Shown here piece by piece: positions 29,291 through 38,293 of a stretch of DNA of 64,000 bases. The translations under genes and the position numbers were made by a program. How positions within the stretch are numbered: position 1 is the first letter of the stretch; the number at the start of each line of letters is the position of its first letter. A model generated the notes under the pieces. The model made no database searches and was not told where the DNA came from. It worked only from the letters and a program-made list of their open reading frames with translations. The DNA comes from a virus: the UHGV virus genome UHGV-0277504, one strand, 5' to 3'.

Positions 29291-30556
29291 CTAATCTAAG
29301 AACACTGTTTTAATGTCTATATTCTTAGTCCCCTCTTCTAACACTAATATTTGTTGAGAAGGTTTTGTCTTACTTAAGTGTAATTCTTTAGCATAGTTAT
29401 TATAGCCCATTGGAGAGCTGGCAACAATATGAAATCTGTTATAATCTTCTTGTGTTATTCTATGATGATGTACATGTCCTGTAATAAGCAAATCAATATG
29501 TGAATCTGTAATAAATTTAGGAATATGATTACCTTTTCCTTTAAGTCCATCACCATGATTAACTACAATTTTTTTACCTAAAATTGTATCTCTAATATTA
29601 TAAATATCTTCCCTATTATCAATAAGCTCAATATCTTTTAATACGCCTTGTTGTTTTAACATAAGTAGCATATCTAGTACTACAAACGCTACATTATCAT
29701 TATAAACTTTTTGATTTTTATTACCTTGCATACGGTCATGATTACCACCAATAATACCGAATGTTAATTTACCTGGTACATATTGTCTAATATTATTTAA
29801 AATATCTATAATTAATCTAGTTCCTTTAGAAATTTGTTCAGCTAAAGTAAATTCTGTCTCAAATGCTTGGTTAACATCTCTCATAGATATATGTTCTACT
29901 AAATCACCTACAAAGTATACTGTAACATCTGTAATATCTTTACTTTCAATATCTTCAATAACTGTCTCTAAAAATTGGTTAAGTCTACGTTTTAGTATAT
30001 TAAAGTCGTAACCACCATTAGTATAATCAGATGTCAAAGCACCAATATGAAAATCTGACAGTAAAACTACCATTGATTTTTCTTTTTCTGTATTTACATA
30101 ATTATAAAACTGACTTTCTAATAATGTATTCATAGGTTGTAAATCTCTAATTATAGATTTCTTTAAATCTTCCATTAAGATATTAATATGTGCACCTTGT
30201 TTAGCATACTTACGAAATTCTCTTTGTTGTGATAGTGTACGCTCATTCTCAGTAACATATGTTGAAACAGTTTTAAAATAATCGTTACCTGTAAATACTT
30301 TTCTATCATCTACACTTCTTAAGTCACCTAAACCAAGTTCTCCAGATAAAGCTGAGTTTTTAAGACTGTTTAAATACTCATTCTCTCTAACTGTGTCTAC
30401 AATATCAACAAATTCTGAAGAATTTACTTTATCTAATCCTAATTCTTTAATAATTTTATTAAATTTAGTTAAAACTATTTTACCTTCTTCTTTTCCTAGA
30501 ACTCCGATAACAATAGCATATAACTCTTCTACTGTATTAAATCTACTTTCTGTCAT
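29291..30556 (-). CDS. calcineurin-like metallophosphoesterase (second copy, distinct from SbcD)
   Basis: Motifs SDFHIG, GDLVEH, GGNHD, GHVHHH. Confidence 0.6.
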   Translation of the reverse strand: MTESRFNTVEELYAIVIGVLGKEEGKIVLTKFNKIIKELGLDKVNSSEFVDIVDTVRENEYLNSLKNSALSGELGLGDLRSVDDRKVFTGNDYFKTVSTYVTENERTLSQQREFRKYAKQGAHINILMEDLKKSIIRDLQPMNTLLESQFYNYVNTEKEKSMVVLLSDFHIGALTSDYTNGGYDFNILKRRLNQFLETVIEDIESKDITDVTVYFVGDLVEHISMRDVNQAFETEFTLAEQISKGTRLIIDILNNIRQYVPGKLTFGIIGGNHDRMQGNKNQKVYNDNVAFVVLDMLLMLKQQGVLKDIELIDNREDIYNIRDTILGKKIVVNHGDGLKGKGNHIPKFITDSHIDLLITGHVHHHRITQEDYNRFHIVASSPMGYNNYAKELHLSKTKPSQQILVLEEGTKNIDIKTVFLD

Positions 30557-30558
30557 AA

Positions 30559-31308
30559 TTAATTCCCTTCTTTAATAAATTTCATTGTATTTTTTGCTAG
30601 TCGATTGACTGAACTAGGTATAAATGTACTAAACACATTTGTCTTATCATTATAACGTATATCAAACACTTCTGTCAAGTAATTTTTATCAACATTTTTA
30701 CAATGAAATGTTATTAAGTCATTAGTTGACCGTGTTTGAGATGTTATAACAACCACACCAGTATTTCTTTTCCTTAAAATTCTATGAGCTAATACATATT
30801 TATAGATAACATCATTCTCGTTTAAGAAAAAGAAATTATTACCACCATCAACAACCCTATCTAACATCATTGAAATATAAACTTCATCTATATTAAGTTC
30901 TTTTTCTACTTGTGTGTAATTTATTTCTTCTAAGTTAATAAAGTTAAAATAGTTAGTAAAATCTCTAGCTATACTTAACCACTTATCATCTTTTATATCT
31001 AATAAAATCATAAGTTGTTTTAATAGACTTAAGTGCTGTTCTTCTTTAGTTACAGTAATAAAATTATCTGGGAATAATCCTATGTTACTTACATAATAGA
31101 TACTACCTTTTAAGTATTGAGTATCTATATTTTTATAAATATAACCTACAAAAATAACATCTTCATCTTCTACACTTTCAAAAGAAACACGATTTATGTC
31201 TGTTTCATACTTTATCTTACTAATACCTTGAATATTTTCTTTGAAAAACTTATCTACTATATCCTTCTCAAGTATTAAAGGGTTAATAAAAATATACACT
31301 CTTACCAC
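30559..31308 (-). CDS. hypothetical protein
   Basis: ORF. Confidence 0.5.
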   Translation of the reverse strand: MVRVYIFINPLILEKDIVDKFFKENIQGISKIKYETDINRVSFESVEDEDVIFVGYIYKNIDTQYLKGSIYYVSNIGLFPDNFITVTKEEQHLSLLKQLMILLDIKDDKWLSIARDFTNYFNFINLEEINYTQVEKELNIDEVYISMMLDRVVDGGNNFFFLNENDVIYKYVLAHRILRKRNTGVVVITSQTRSTNDLITFHCKNVDKNYLTEVFDIRYNDKTNVFSTFIPSSVNRLAKNTMKFIKEGN

Positions 31309-31565
31309 TCCATTCTAGCATATAAATATCCTTTTGATTCTTTATCTAGTCCTAAATTATCTTTACCATATTCTAGTACTCTATAACCATAAATATTTAG
31401 ATAGTTTTGTATTGCGTTCATTTGACTTTGCACATTAACAGTAGCTACTGAAACTGTATCAAACTTAACAGCTACAAACTCTTCTTTATTTTCCATAAGT
31501 CTTTTTACTTTAACATGGTCGTCTGGGTTTCTAAGTAGAATAATATTCTCTTCTTTTATCATCAT
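31302..31565 (-). CDS. hypothetical protein
   Basis: ORF downstream of the promoter at 31596-31624. Confidence 0.45.
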   Translation of the reverse strand: MMIKEENIILLRNPDDHVKVKRLMENKEEFVAVKFDTVSVATVNVQSQMNAIQNYLNIYGYRVLEYGKDNLGLDKESKGYLYARMEW

Positions 31566-31595
31566 TTACACCTCTCTATATTTATTACAATTAAT

Positions 31596-31624
31596 ACTAT
31601 AACATATATGTATATATTTGTCAA
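31596..31624 (-). promoter_or_regulatory. sigma-A-like promoter TTGACA-N17-TATAGT
   Basis: Plus tgtcaa at 31619-31624 and actata at 31596-31601. Confidence 0.5.
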
Positions 31625-31654
31625 TAAAAAAAGACTAGGAATTTAATCCTAGTC
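31625..31654 (-). terminator. intrinsic terminator (gactagga/tcctagtc)
   Basis: 8-bp stem 31633-31640/31647-31654, A-run 31625-31632 on plus gives the minus-strand T-run. Confidence 0.55.
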
Positions 31655-31668
31655 TAAAAAGCGGTATA

Positions 31669-32328
31669 TTATTGAGGTTTTTCTTCTGCATTAACATCTG
31701 CTGTTGTATCTTTAGGGTCTACAGATACGTCTACATCTACGTCTGAACGTGACTCAGAAGGTTCTGAAGTATCTCCTTGCCCTTCACTTTGGTCGTTATG
31801 ACGTACGTCTTCACGAGCATTTCCTGTTGGATAACTTGAAATTAAATCTTCGTTTGCACGACCTTTTTTATCTTCTGTTTTATCAGCATCTGATTGTTCT
31901 ACGTCTTTAACTTCAAGTACGTCTTCTTTCTCATTAGTAATAAAGACGTTATATACTCCTAAACAGAATCTATCTTCAATAAATGCTAAGAACGCTTGTA
32001 CTAATTGTTTACCTTTATCTAAACCTTTAATGTTTTCAGTTCGGATAAATGATTGGTGGTAAGGGTCAAATAAAGTGTTCACTACAAAATGAATATTATC
32101 TCCGTCTGTGTATACAACTGGAGAATCTTTCATTACATTAATAGTACCTCTACCATCTAATTGAATAGGGAATAAGAATAATTCACCATCTTGCTCTTTA
32201 CAAATGTAAGAATAAATACCTCTATGTGTACGTGTATACCCGTCTTGTTCAGTTCTTACTTGTAAGTATTTATCTTTCAATGTTACTGTATCTTGCGTTA
32301 AAACTTCTTGTAAACTTTTTTTAGCCAT
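31669..32328 (-). CDS. hypothetical protein with long acidic C-terminal tail
   Basis: Last ~70 residues rich in D/E/S; SSB-like tail is a possibility only. Confidence 0.5.
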   Translation of the reverse strand: MAKKSLQEVLTQDTVTLKDKYLQVRTEQDGYTRTHRGIYSYICKEQDGELFLFPIQLDGRGTINVMKDSPVVYTDGDNIHFVVNTLFDPYHQSFIRTENIKGLDKGKQLVQAFLAFIEDRFCLGVYNVFITNEKEDVLEVKDVEQSDADKTEDKKGRANEDLISSYPTGNAREDVRHNDQSEGQGDTSEPSESRSDVDVDVSVDPKDTTADVNAEEKPQ

Positions 32329-32340
32329 ATTTAAAATCTC

Positions 32341-32688
32341 CTAACTATTTTTTATAATATCTTTAACTCTAGGTTTAGAAATAACTTGATTTGCTATTTC
32401 TTCCCTTTGTTTATCTTTTTTACTGAAACTTGTATTTTTCCATGAAGTCCATACAATAGCTACTAATGAAACAATACCAGATATAATTAAGTAAAGTTGG
32501 TCGTCTGAAATTGGTAAAAAATCTTTACCTAATATACTTGATAATATTAAATTAATAACAGTTATAATTGAAACTATCAACGGTACAAATTCAGAAAATT
32601 TACGTCTTACTTGTTTTGAATTAGGAATAATAACCTCAACACTATCTAAGGCGTTATTAAATTTATCCTTGTCAAATTTATTTATCAT
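32341..32688 (-). CDS. hypothetical membrane protein
   Basis: Two TM segments. Confidence 0.45.
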   Translation of the reverse strand: MINKFDKDKFNNALDSVEVIIPNSKQVRRKFSEFVPLIVSIITVINLILSSILGKDFLPISDDQLYLIISGIVSLVAIVWTSWKNTSFSKKDKQREEIANQVISKPRVKDIIKNS

Positions 32689-32763
32689 GAAAATAACCTC
32701 ACTACTGCTTTATTAAATTCATTCCTAATATAACAGTAGTAAGGCTTTTTTGCAAATATTTTG

Positions 32764-33438
32764 TTATTCCCAAACATTATTTTCAGTATATACTCTGTGT
32801 GTATTACTATCTATGTGTCTATTATGCTCATGATAAGCATTAATTTTAAATTTTACATAATCTTTTAGTTCTGACAGCTCTTTTGCTACATCTTTACGTT
32901 TAATTTGAGTGTATTCAGATACTCTGTTAACTATATACTTTTCATCTTCCATATCTTCATTCATTAGTAGTTCTTTTAATAGAATACTTTGTAATTCTGT
33001 AAATTCTACATCATCAAACACATATCGTATTAATTCACTTTCTTCTATACCTGTAGTTAAAGCTTCAGTTAGAGATTCTACTGTAGACTCTTTTTTACCT
33101 ATCAACTCTGTACTTTTATACTTTTTATTTTTTTTAATATAACTATTACGTACTCTTAGAGTTAATTTTGCTTTAATATATCCAGGAAAATCAACTTTAC
33201 TGTGTATATCATATTCTTTAACAAGTTTAATAAACTGCTCGTCTATATACTCTCGTAAATCTTCCCTTTCAGCTTCATTAGATAATATACCTGCATATTT
33301 ATGATATAGAGACCATCTTAAATTTTTATATTTATTAAGTAATTTATCTATATCTCTTTCAAAATCAATAGGTATACCATCAGAATCAATTACATATCTA
33401 TTACCGTTGTTCTTCTTCATAAGGGTTTGCTCCTTCAA
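32764..33438 (-). CDS. putative phage sigma-factor-like protein
   Basis: Region-2-like EDLREYIDEQFIKLVKEYD and a C-terminal HTH-like segment; weak similarity judged by eye. Confidence 0.45.
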   Translation of the reverse strand: MKEQTLMKKNNGNRYVIDSDGIPIDFERDIDKLLNKYKNLRWSLYHKYAGILSNEAEREDLREYIDEQFIKLVKEYDIHSKVDFPGYIKAKLTLRVRNSYIKKNKKYKSTELIGKKESTVESLTEALTTGIEESELIRYVFDDVEFTELQSILLKELLMNEDMEDEKYIVNRVSEYTQIKRKDVAKELSELKDYVKFKINAYHEHNRHIDSNTHRVYTENNVWE

Positions 33439-33769
33439 AAATAATTTTGATTTTATGATTTTTATCCCTTACAAAAATATCTGAATAATGTATTGTTCTA
33501 GGTACTTTAACTGTACTATTTTCATATCTAAGTAATGAATAGCCTCCTACCCATCTATCTGAGACATAATTAATATACATTACATTAGAATCAGTGTGAG
33601 GGAAAGTACCCTCTTCAACAATTACTGATTCATTATTATCTTTTACTTTTTGAAATTTTTTAGCAATACTAATATACTCTCTAGGTGTTGTATCTTTTGA
33701 ATTAGATTCACTTAAAGATTGTTTTACTCTATCTATATTTTGGTCTATTAAATTATAACTATTTGTCAT
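33401..33769 (-). CDS. hypothetical protein
   Basis: ORF. Confidence 0.45.
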   Translation of the reverse strand: MTNSYNLIDQNIDRVKQSLSESNSKDTTPREYISIAKKFQKVKDNNESVIVEEGTFPHTDSNVMYINYVSDRWVGGYSLLRYENSTVKVPRTIHYSDIFVRDKNHKIKIIFEGANPYEEEQR

Positions 33770-34782
33770 TCTTCATCCGTACCTTTGTTTTCAATTTCAG
33801 TACTTTTAATCTCATAAAAATCTTTAAGAGCTTGATATTCTTCAATAGTAGTAATATCTACTATTTTATTTTCTAAAGGTCGATACTTAGTAGGAAAGTT
33901 TTCAAAGTATACTCTACTAAATAATTCTAAATACAAATCATGATTATTAACAAGTGTAGGAACCCAATCTTTATCATAGTGTTTAATTTCTTCACCATTT
34001 AAAGTTACATAGTTACGCCATGTTCCTTTAGAAATTAAACCTCGTTCTACTGCTTCCTTATAAACTGTGTGATAAGGGTCAATACCATCTAATAGCATCG
34101 TATCATCTTTAGAGCCTACTTCATAACTTGATAATAAATCTGCTTCCGCTTTTTGTCCTGGTGTAACTAATTTAGATTTTTTAGTTTCAATACGCATTAC
34201 ATGACCTCTATAAGTAGGCTTACCTGTTGTTACATCTGTTTGTTTAAGACCTGATTCAGCACCCTTGGTTACTTTAATACGTAAACTAGCACCATGTTCA
34301 AAAGCTCTTCCACCTGTTGATTTTATAGGGTCACCATACATACCTGCGTTCATATCATCGCGAGCTTGGTTGATGATAACTAACCCTGTATTAGTATCAT
34401 TGAGTTTAGGAGTAATAGCATTGATTACTTTTTGTGTAGCTGAGGCTTTTAAACCCATTTGTTTTTCATCAATTCCTCCTTCAATTTCTTTAGCTGTTCT
34501 TGTAGCTCCTAGAGAATCCCAAATAAATAAAATAGGTACACCAGGTGCTTTTTCGTTAAAAGTATCAATCCAATATTCTAATTCTTTTCCTACAGTTTCT
34601 ACTGATAATTCAACAGTATTTTTAAGTCTACCTTCTCCTGCTTGAATAGTAAATAATTTAGATACATCTACCCCTAGTTGCTTCATTCGTTGGTTATCTG
34701 CTGTTCCTTCAATATCAATCCAAATAGTAATAACACCTAGTTGTGTAGTTATTCTAGATAAGTGTACTGCAAACGTGGATTT
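33766..34782 (-). CDS. RecA/UvsX-like recombinase, exon 2
   Basis: Frame reopens at KSTFAVHLS (completes Walker A GLTGSG|KST) and continues through a RecA-like core. Confidence 0.8.
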   Translation of the reverse strand, partial: KSTFAVHLSRITTQLGVITIWIDIEGTADNQRMKQLGVDVSKLFTIQAGEGRLKNTVELSVETVGKELEYWIDTFNEKAPGVPILFIWDSLGATRTAKEIEGGIDEKQMGLKASATQKVINAITPKLNDTNTGLVIINQARDDMNAGMYGDPIKSTGGRAFEHGASLRIKVTKGAESGLKQTDVTTGKPTYRGHVMRIETKKSKLVTPGQKAEADLLSSYEVGSKDDTMLLDGIDPYHTVYKEAVERGLISKGTWRNYVTLNGEEIKHYDKDWVPTLVNNHDLYLELFSRVYFENFPTKYRPLENKIVDITTIEEYQALKDFYEIKSTEIENKGTDEE

Positions 34783-36158
34783 CAGTTACTACCCCTAGTT
34801 TCCTAGTACTTTAACACTAATTTAATAGTGGGCTTAGACTATATCTTGAATTGCCTGGTCTGCAAGTTTTTGCTTTCGGTCTATATGAATATTATTATCT
34901 TGATATAGTAATTTCATTAATTCTTTAGCTTTTTTACCTGTATAACTTATTCTATAAGAGGTACTAGTTTTAGATACTTTAGGACATTTTAAACCTAATA
35001 AATCATTAATCCAAGTACCTACATCCTTTAAAAATTCAGGATGATTATTAATTAAAGTTATAAACCATCTATTATTATAATACCCGATTGAACCATCACC
35101 ATCAAATAACCCTCTTAAATAATGCTTTCTTAAATCATAAGGTATATCTTGTGTTAACCATTCTGTTTTTTTAGACTTCATAGGTACTATACCATATTTA
35201 GCTAAGTCATTACATAGTTTTTCATCGGTAACACTAAAAGTATAAGTTTGTTTTTCGTTTTTTATATAATCTCTTTTTCTATGTGATTCATATATTTTAC
35301 TGTCTGAATTCAATTCTTTTTGAACTCTTTTTACTATTTCTTTATCAATCAATTCTAGTGTTAAGTAACATTGCCCTTCTCGTCTATATCTAACACACCC
35401 ATCAGCCATTAATAAACCTAGTATATAAGCTTTCTCTTCAGTATCAATTACTTCAAAGAAATTTCTATTTATATTTCTATTAACGCTTCTAGTTTGATAG
35501 TAAGAAGTATCTACTCCAAAGTCTTTTAGTATTCTACCTATTTCTCTTGCGTGTGTTGTATATACCTCTTTTATCTCTGCTATAGTCATAGACTCTTTAG
35601 TATACATTCTTAGTATATCTTGTTTTTGCTTATTAGTCCATCTTCGTTTTTTATTTGTGTCAATATTAAACTCATCTAAAATTTTCTTGATAGTGAAATA
35701 ATGTGCATTATACTTATCTTGTAATTCTTTAAACGTTTTACCTTCTTGAAATGATTTTACTATATCTTGTTTCTCTTCATTAGTCCAAACTCGTTTTACC
35801 ATATTATACTACTCTCCATTTTTCTAATAGATTTCGTAGGCAATTCCCATGCACTTCAAAGATTAATATCTTTTACTCTACTCAGTTACTCTCTAATACC
35901 TCTCGGTACTAGATATCTTTTCGATAGTCGTTGAACCTTCTTCTTATCTTTCAACTTAGAAGCTTGGATGCTGATTACCTACACTATATAATATAACAAA
36001 AAGTTTTCGTTATACCATATAACTCATATACTTATTATTTTTAAACATTCACGCCTACTGTTTCCAGTTACGTTGTAGTTAATAAGTCTTTAAGGCTTCC
36101 CAGCAATTCACATGGGTTTGTAATAACTCTTTACAAGTCACTGTGGCTATTTAAGGCA
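34783..36158 (-). other. group-I-type intron interrupting the recA-like gene (1376 nt, contains a homing endonuclease ORF)
   Basis: Split Walker A; exon 1 ends in U, intron ends in G; GC-richer structured 5' segment 35803-36158. Confidence 0.65.
34834..35802 (-). CDS. LAGLIDADG homing endonuclease (intron-encoded)
   Basis: Two motifs ILGLLMADGC and LRGLFDGDGSIG. Confidence 0.8.
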   Translation of the reverse strand: MVKRVWTNEEKQDIVKSFQEGKTFKELQDKYNAHYFTIKKILDEFNIDTNKKRRWTNKQKQDILRMYTKESMTIAEIKEVYTTHAREIGRILKDFGVDTSYYQTRSVNRNINRNFFEVIDTEEKAYILGLLMADGCVRYRREGQCYLTLELIDKEIVKRVQKELNSDSKIYESHRKRDYIKNEKQTYTFSVTDEKLCNDLAKYGIVPMKSKKTEWLTQDIPYDLRKHYLRGLFDGDGSIGYYNNRWFITLINNHPEFLKDVGTWINDLLGLKCPKVSKTSTSYRISYTGKKAKELMKLLYQDNNIHIDRKQKLADQAIQDIV

Positions 36159-36371
36159 ACCACTGCCCGTTAAACCATACACTTCTGTAAGTCTTCCTAA
36201 AGGAATACCTCCCCCTAGAATTCTATCATATTGAGGAACCATAGTAGGAATTATATTTGTAATGTCTGCTTTATTACTATCTGATAATAGAGTTAAACCC
36301 ATTTCTTTACCTAAATCAATGGTATTGTAATCTTTCATATCTATTTCTTTACCTTTTTTTGCTCTTGCCAT
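36159..36371 (-). CDS. RecA/UvsX-like recombinase, exon 1
   Basis: ATG at 36369-36371 with AAAGGTGA RBS; ends ILGGGIPLGRLTEVYGLTGSG. Confidence 0.7.
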
Positions 36372-36428
36372 TATCTTATCACCTTTCAATATAAAAATCA
36401 AATAAAAGAGTGCTTAAGCACTCTAATA

Positions 36429-37667
36429 TTAAATGTCTAGATTTAAACCTTTTAAAACATCATCAACATTTTTTGGCTGTTCCATTTTAGGAGGTTCTTG
36501 ATATTGTTGTTGATTTTGTTGTACGTTTTGTTGTTGAGGTGGTTGTTGCTGACTTCCAGTGTCGAAAGGTACTTGAGAATCATTAATAGTATTCTCATCA
36601 AAATTCTCCCAAGGATTATTTCCTTGTTGTGGTTGCTGTGGTGCTTGTTGTACCTGATTAAACTGTTGCTGTTGAGTTGGTTGTTGAGTATTCTGTTGCG
36701 ATTGAGTATTAATAGTATTCCAATCATTCTGTGGTACTTGTTGTGTGTTTTGTTGTGGTTGATTACTTAAATTACCTGGTAACTGTTGCTCTACATGCTG
36801 TTGTGATGGTTGTGACTGCTGTGTTTGTTGTACTGGTTGTTGAGGTTGGCTAGGTGCATCCCCTAATGTATTTGTATCTCTATTAAAAGTAAAATTGTCT
36901 GTTTCTAAAGGTGTTCCATTTACTTTATTAATTAAGAAGTTAACAAGATTAGGGTTCACCTCTTCTGTAGGTTGAGCTAACTTATCTAAGTCTGAAGATA
37001 ACTCTCTCCAGTTAGAAGGTAAGTTACCGAATTGGTATTGTGGATTAGAGTATACTTGAACATACCAATTTGTTTTATCATTCTCTTTTGCTTTCTTAAA
37101 CATTACAGGATAAGCAACGTCTTCAGAAATAAAACTAAATTTAGCTGAAGGAGAAGGATTAAACATTTCATCTCCTAATTGACTAGCTAAAGCATTATAT
37201 GCTGTAATAGGAATTTCTAAAGGTGAAATCTTAGGATTACCTGAGTTATCTACTACAGGTTGTAAAGTACCACCATTATTAATATACTCAATAACTTCAA
37301 TATAATATCTATTTGACGGTCTATTAGGGAATCGACTAAAAGGAACCTTATTAGCTATCCAAGATTCAATAAATGGGTCAATAACTGACTCTCCTGATGT
37401 AGCTGGTAGTGTTAAACCTACGAATTTTTGCTCATTGTTTTTATTGTTGAAGTTAATACCTGTGTTTCTAAATTTCTTATAAAATTCTAAAGAACCTTCT
37501 TTTTTAGGTGGTAAAATACGTACTAAAATTGAATCTTTAGTTGAACCATCTTTTTGCTTACCTAATCGAATAACTGGATTTTTAGGTGTATAGTATTCCA
37601 CCTCATTATTGTTATTATTTTGTGTTTCTTTTGCTTGTTGGTTAATAAATTCTGTAAATGCTGACAT
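36429..37667 (-). CDS. hypothetical protein with Q/P-rich low-complexity C-terminal region
   Basis: C-terminal ~140 residues are about 40% Gln (QQPQQ, QNTQQ repeats). Confidence 0.5.
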   Translation of the reverse strand: MSAFTEFINQQAKETQNNNNNEVEYYTPKNPVIRLGKQKDGSTKDSILVRILPPKKEGSLEFYKKFRNTGINFNNKNNEQKFVGLTLPATSGESVIDPFIESWIANKVPFSRFPNRPSNRYYIEVIEYINNGGTLQPVVDNSGNPKISPLEIPITAYNALASQLGDEMFNPSPSAKFSFISEDVAYPVMFKKAKENDKTNWYVQVYSNPQYQFGNLPSNWRELSSDLDKLAQPTEEVNPNLVNFLINKVNGTPLETDNFTFNRDTNTLGDAPSQPQQPVQQTQQSQPSQQHVEQQLPGNLSNQPQQNTQQVPQNDWNTINTQSQQNTQQPTQQQQFNQVQQAPQQPQQGNNPWENFDENTINDSQVPFDTGSQQQPPQQQNVQQNQQQYQEPPKMEQPKNVDDVLKGLNLDI

Positions 37668-37703
37668 TATTATAATTCTCTCCTTTATTTTTATTATGTT
37701 ATG

Positions 37704-37732
37704 ATTGTAACATAGTTTATTCCATTTGTCAA
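37704..37732 (-). promoter_or_regulatory. sigma-A-like promoter TTGACA-N17-TACAAT
   Basis: Plus tgtcaa at 37727-37732 and attgta at 37704-37709. Confidence 0.5.
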
Positions 37733-37757
37733 GTTTAAATTTATAAGAATTTGTATT

Positions 37758-38240
37758 CTAATGTGAAAATGGATTAGTCATTCCACCATTTTTATTTGTT
37801 TGTCTTAGTTCTGCTGATAACTGTACTAACATTGTAGAACGTTGTTCCCAAGCTTTTACAATATACTGTAACTGTTTTACTTTGTAATTCCATTGTTCTA
37901 CAATTTGTTGTTGCTTTTGATAACTTTCATTAAGTAAAATATCTGATTCTATAACATCTTTAGTTGGTTTAATTTTTTGCTGTGTATATCCTTGTCTTAC
38001 TTGTTTATTTACAGAAGCTCCTATTTGCTCTAACTTTCTACTTTCTGCTTCTGAATAAGCTCTAACTCTTTCAAGTAAAGAACTCCAAAAGGCATACTTA
38101 CTAGATTGTGTATACATCTCTTGTTGTATAGTATACTCACTTAATTTTAACTCATCATGAATATTGAATGTTTTAGCTTCACCATTCATATCAACAATAG
38201 TAAGTTCTGTAAAATCTAGACTATCTACATGAATTTCCAA
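37758..38240 (-). CDS. hypothetical protein
   Basis: ORF with RBS. Confidence 0.5.
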   Translation of the reverse strand: MEIHVDSLDFTELTIVDMNGEAKTFNIHDELKLSEYTIQQEMYTQSSKYAFWSSLLERVRAYSEAESRKLEQIGASVNKQVRQGYTQQKIKPTKDVIESDILLNESYQKQQQIVEQWNYKVKQLQYIVKAWEQRSTMLVQLSAELRQTNKNGGMTNPFSH

Positions 38241-38293
38241 ATCAATTCCTCCTTTGACATAACTATATCATAAATAGATATAGTTTGTCAATA

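Noticed and set aside
34265-34645. Plus-strand ORFs such as 34265..34645, 57268..57753, 59452..59799, 28421..28789, 41426..41686 and 53241..53483.
   Set aside because: All lie antisense within well-supported minus-strand genes (recA exon 2, DnaB-like, HTH protein, polA, SbcC) and lack an RBS. They are treated as spurious.
36147-36158. The last three codons (CLK) of ORF 36147..36401 as part of the RecA-like protein.
   Set aside because: Walker A is only completed (GSG|KST) if the exon ends after GSG; CLK-stop is intron sequence.
36452-36770. ORFs 36452..36727 (-) and 36498..36770 (+) and an apparent DNA repeat (caacaa/ttgttg) that could be taken for a tandem repeat or CRISPR-like array.
   Set aside because: The repetition is the codon-level reflection of the Gln-rich tail of the 412-aa protein (36429..37667); there are no spacer-repeat units of regular length.
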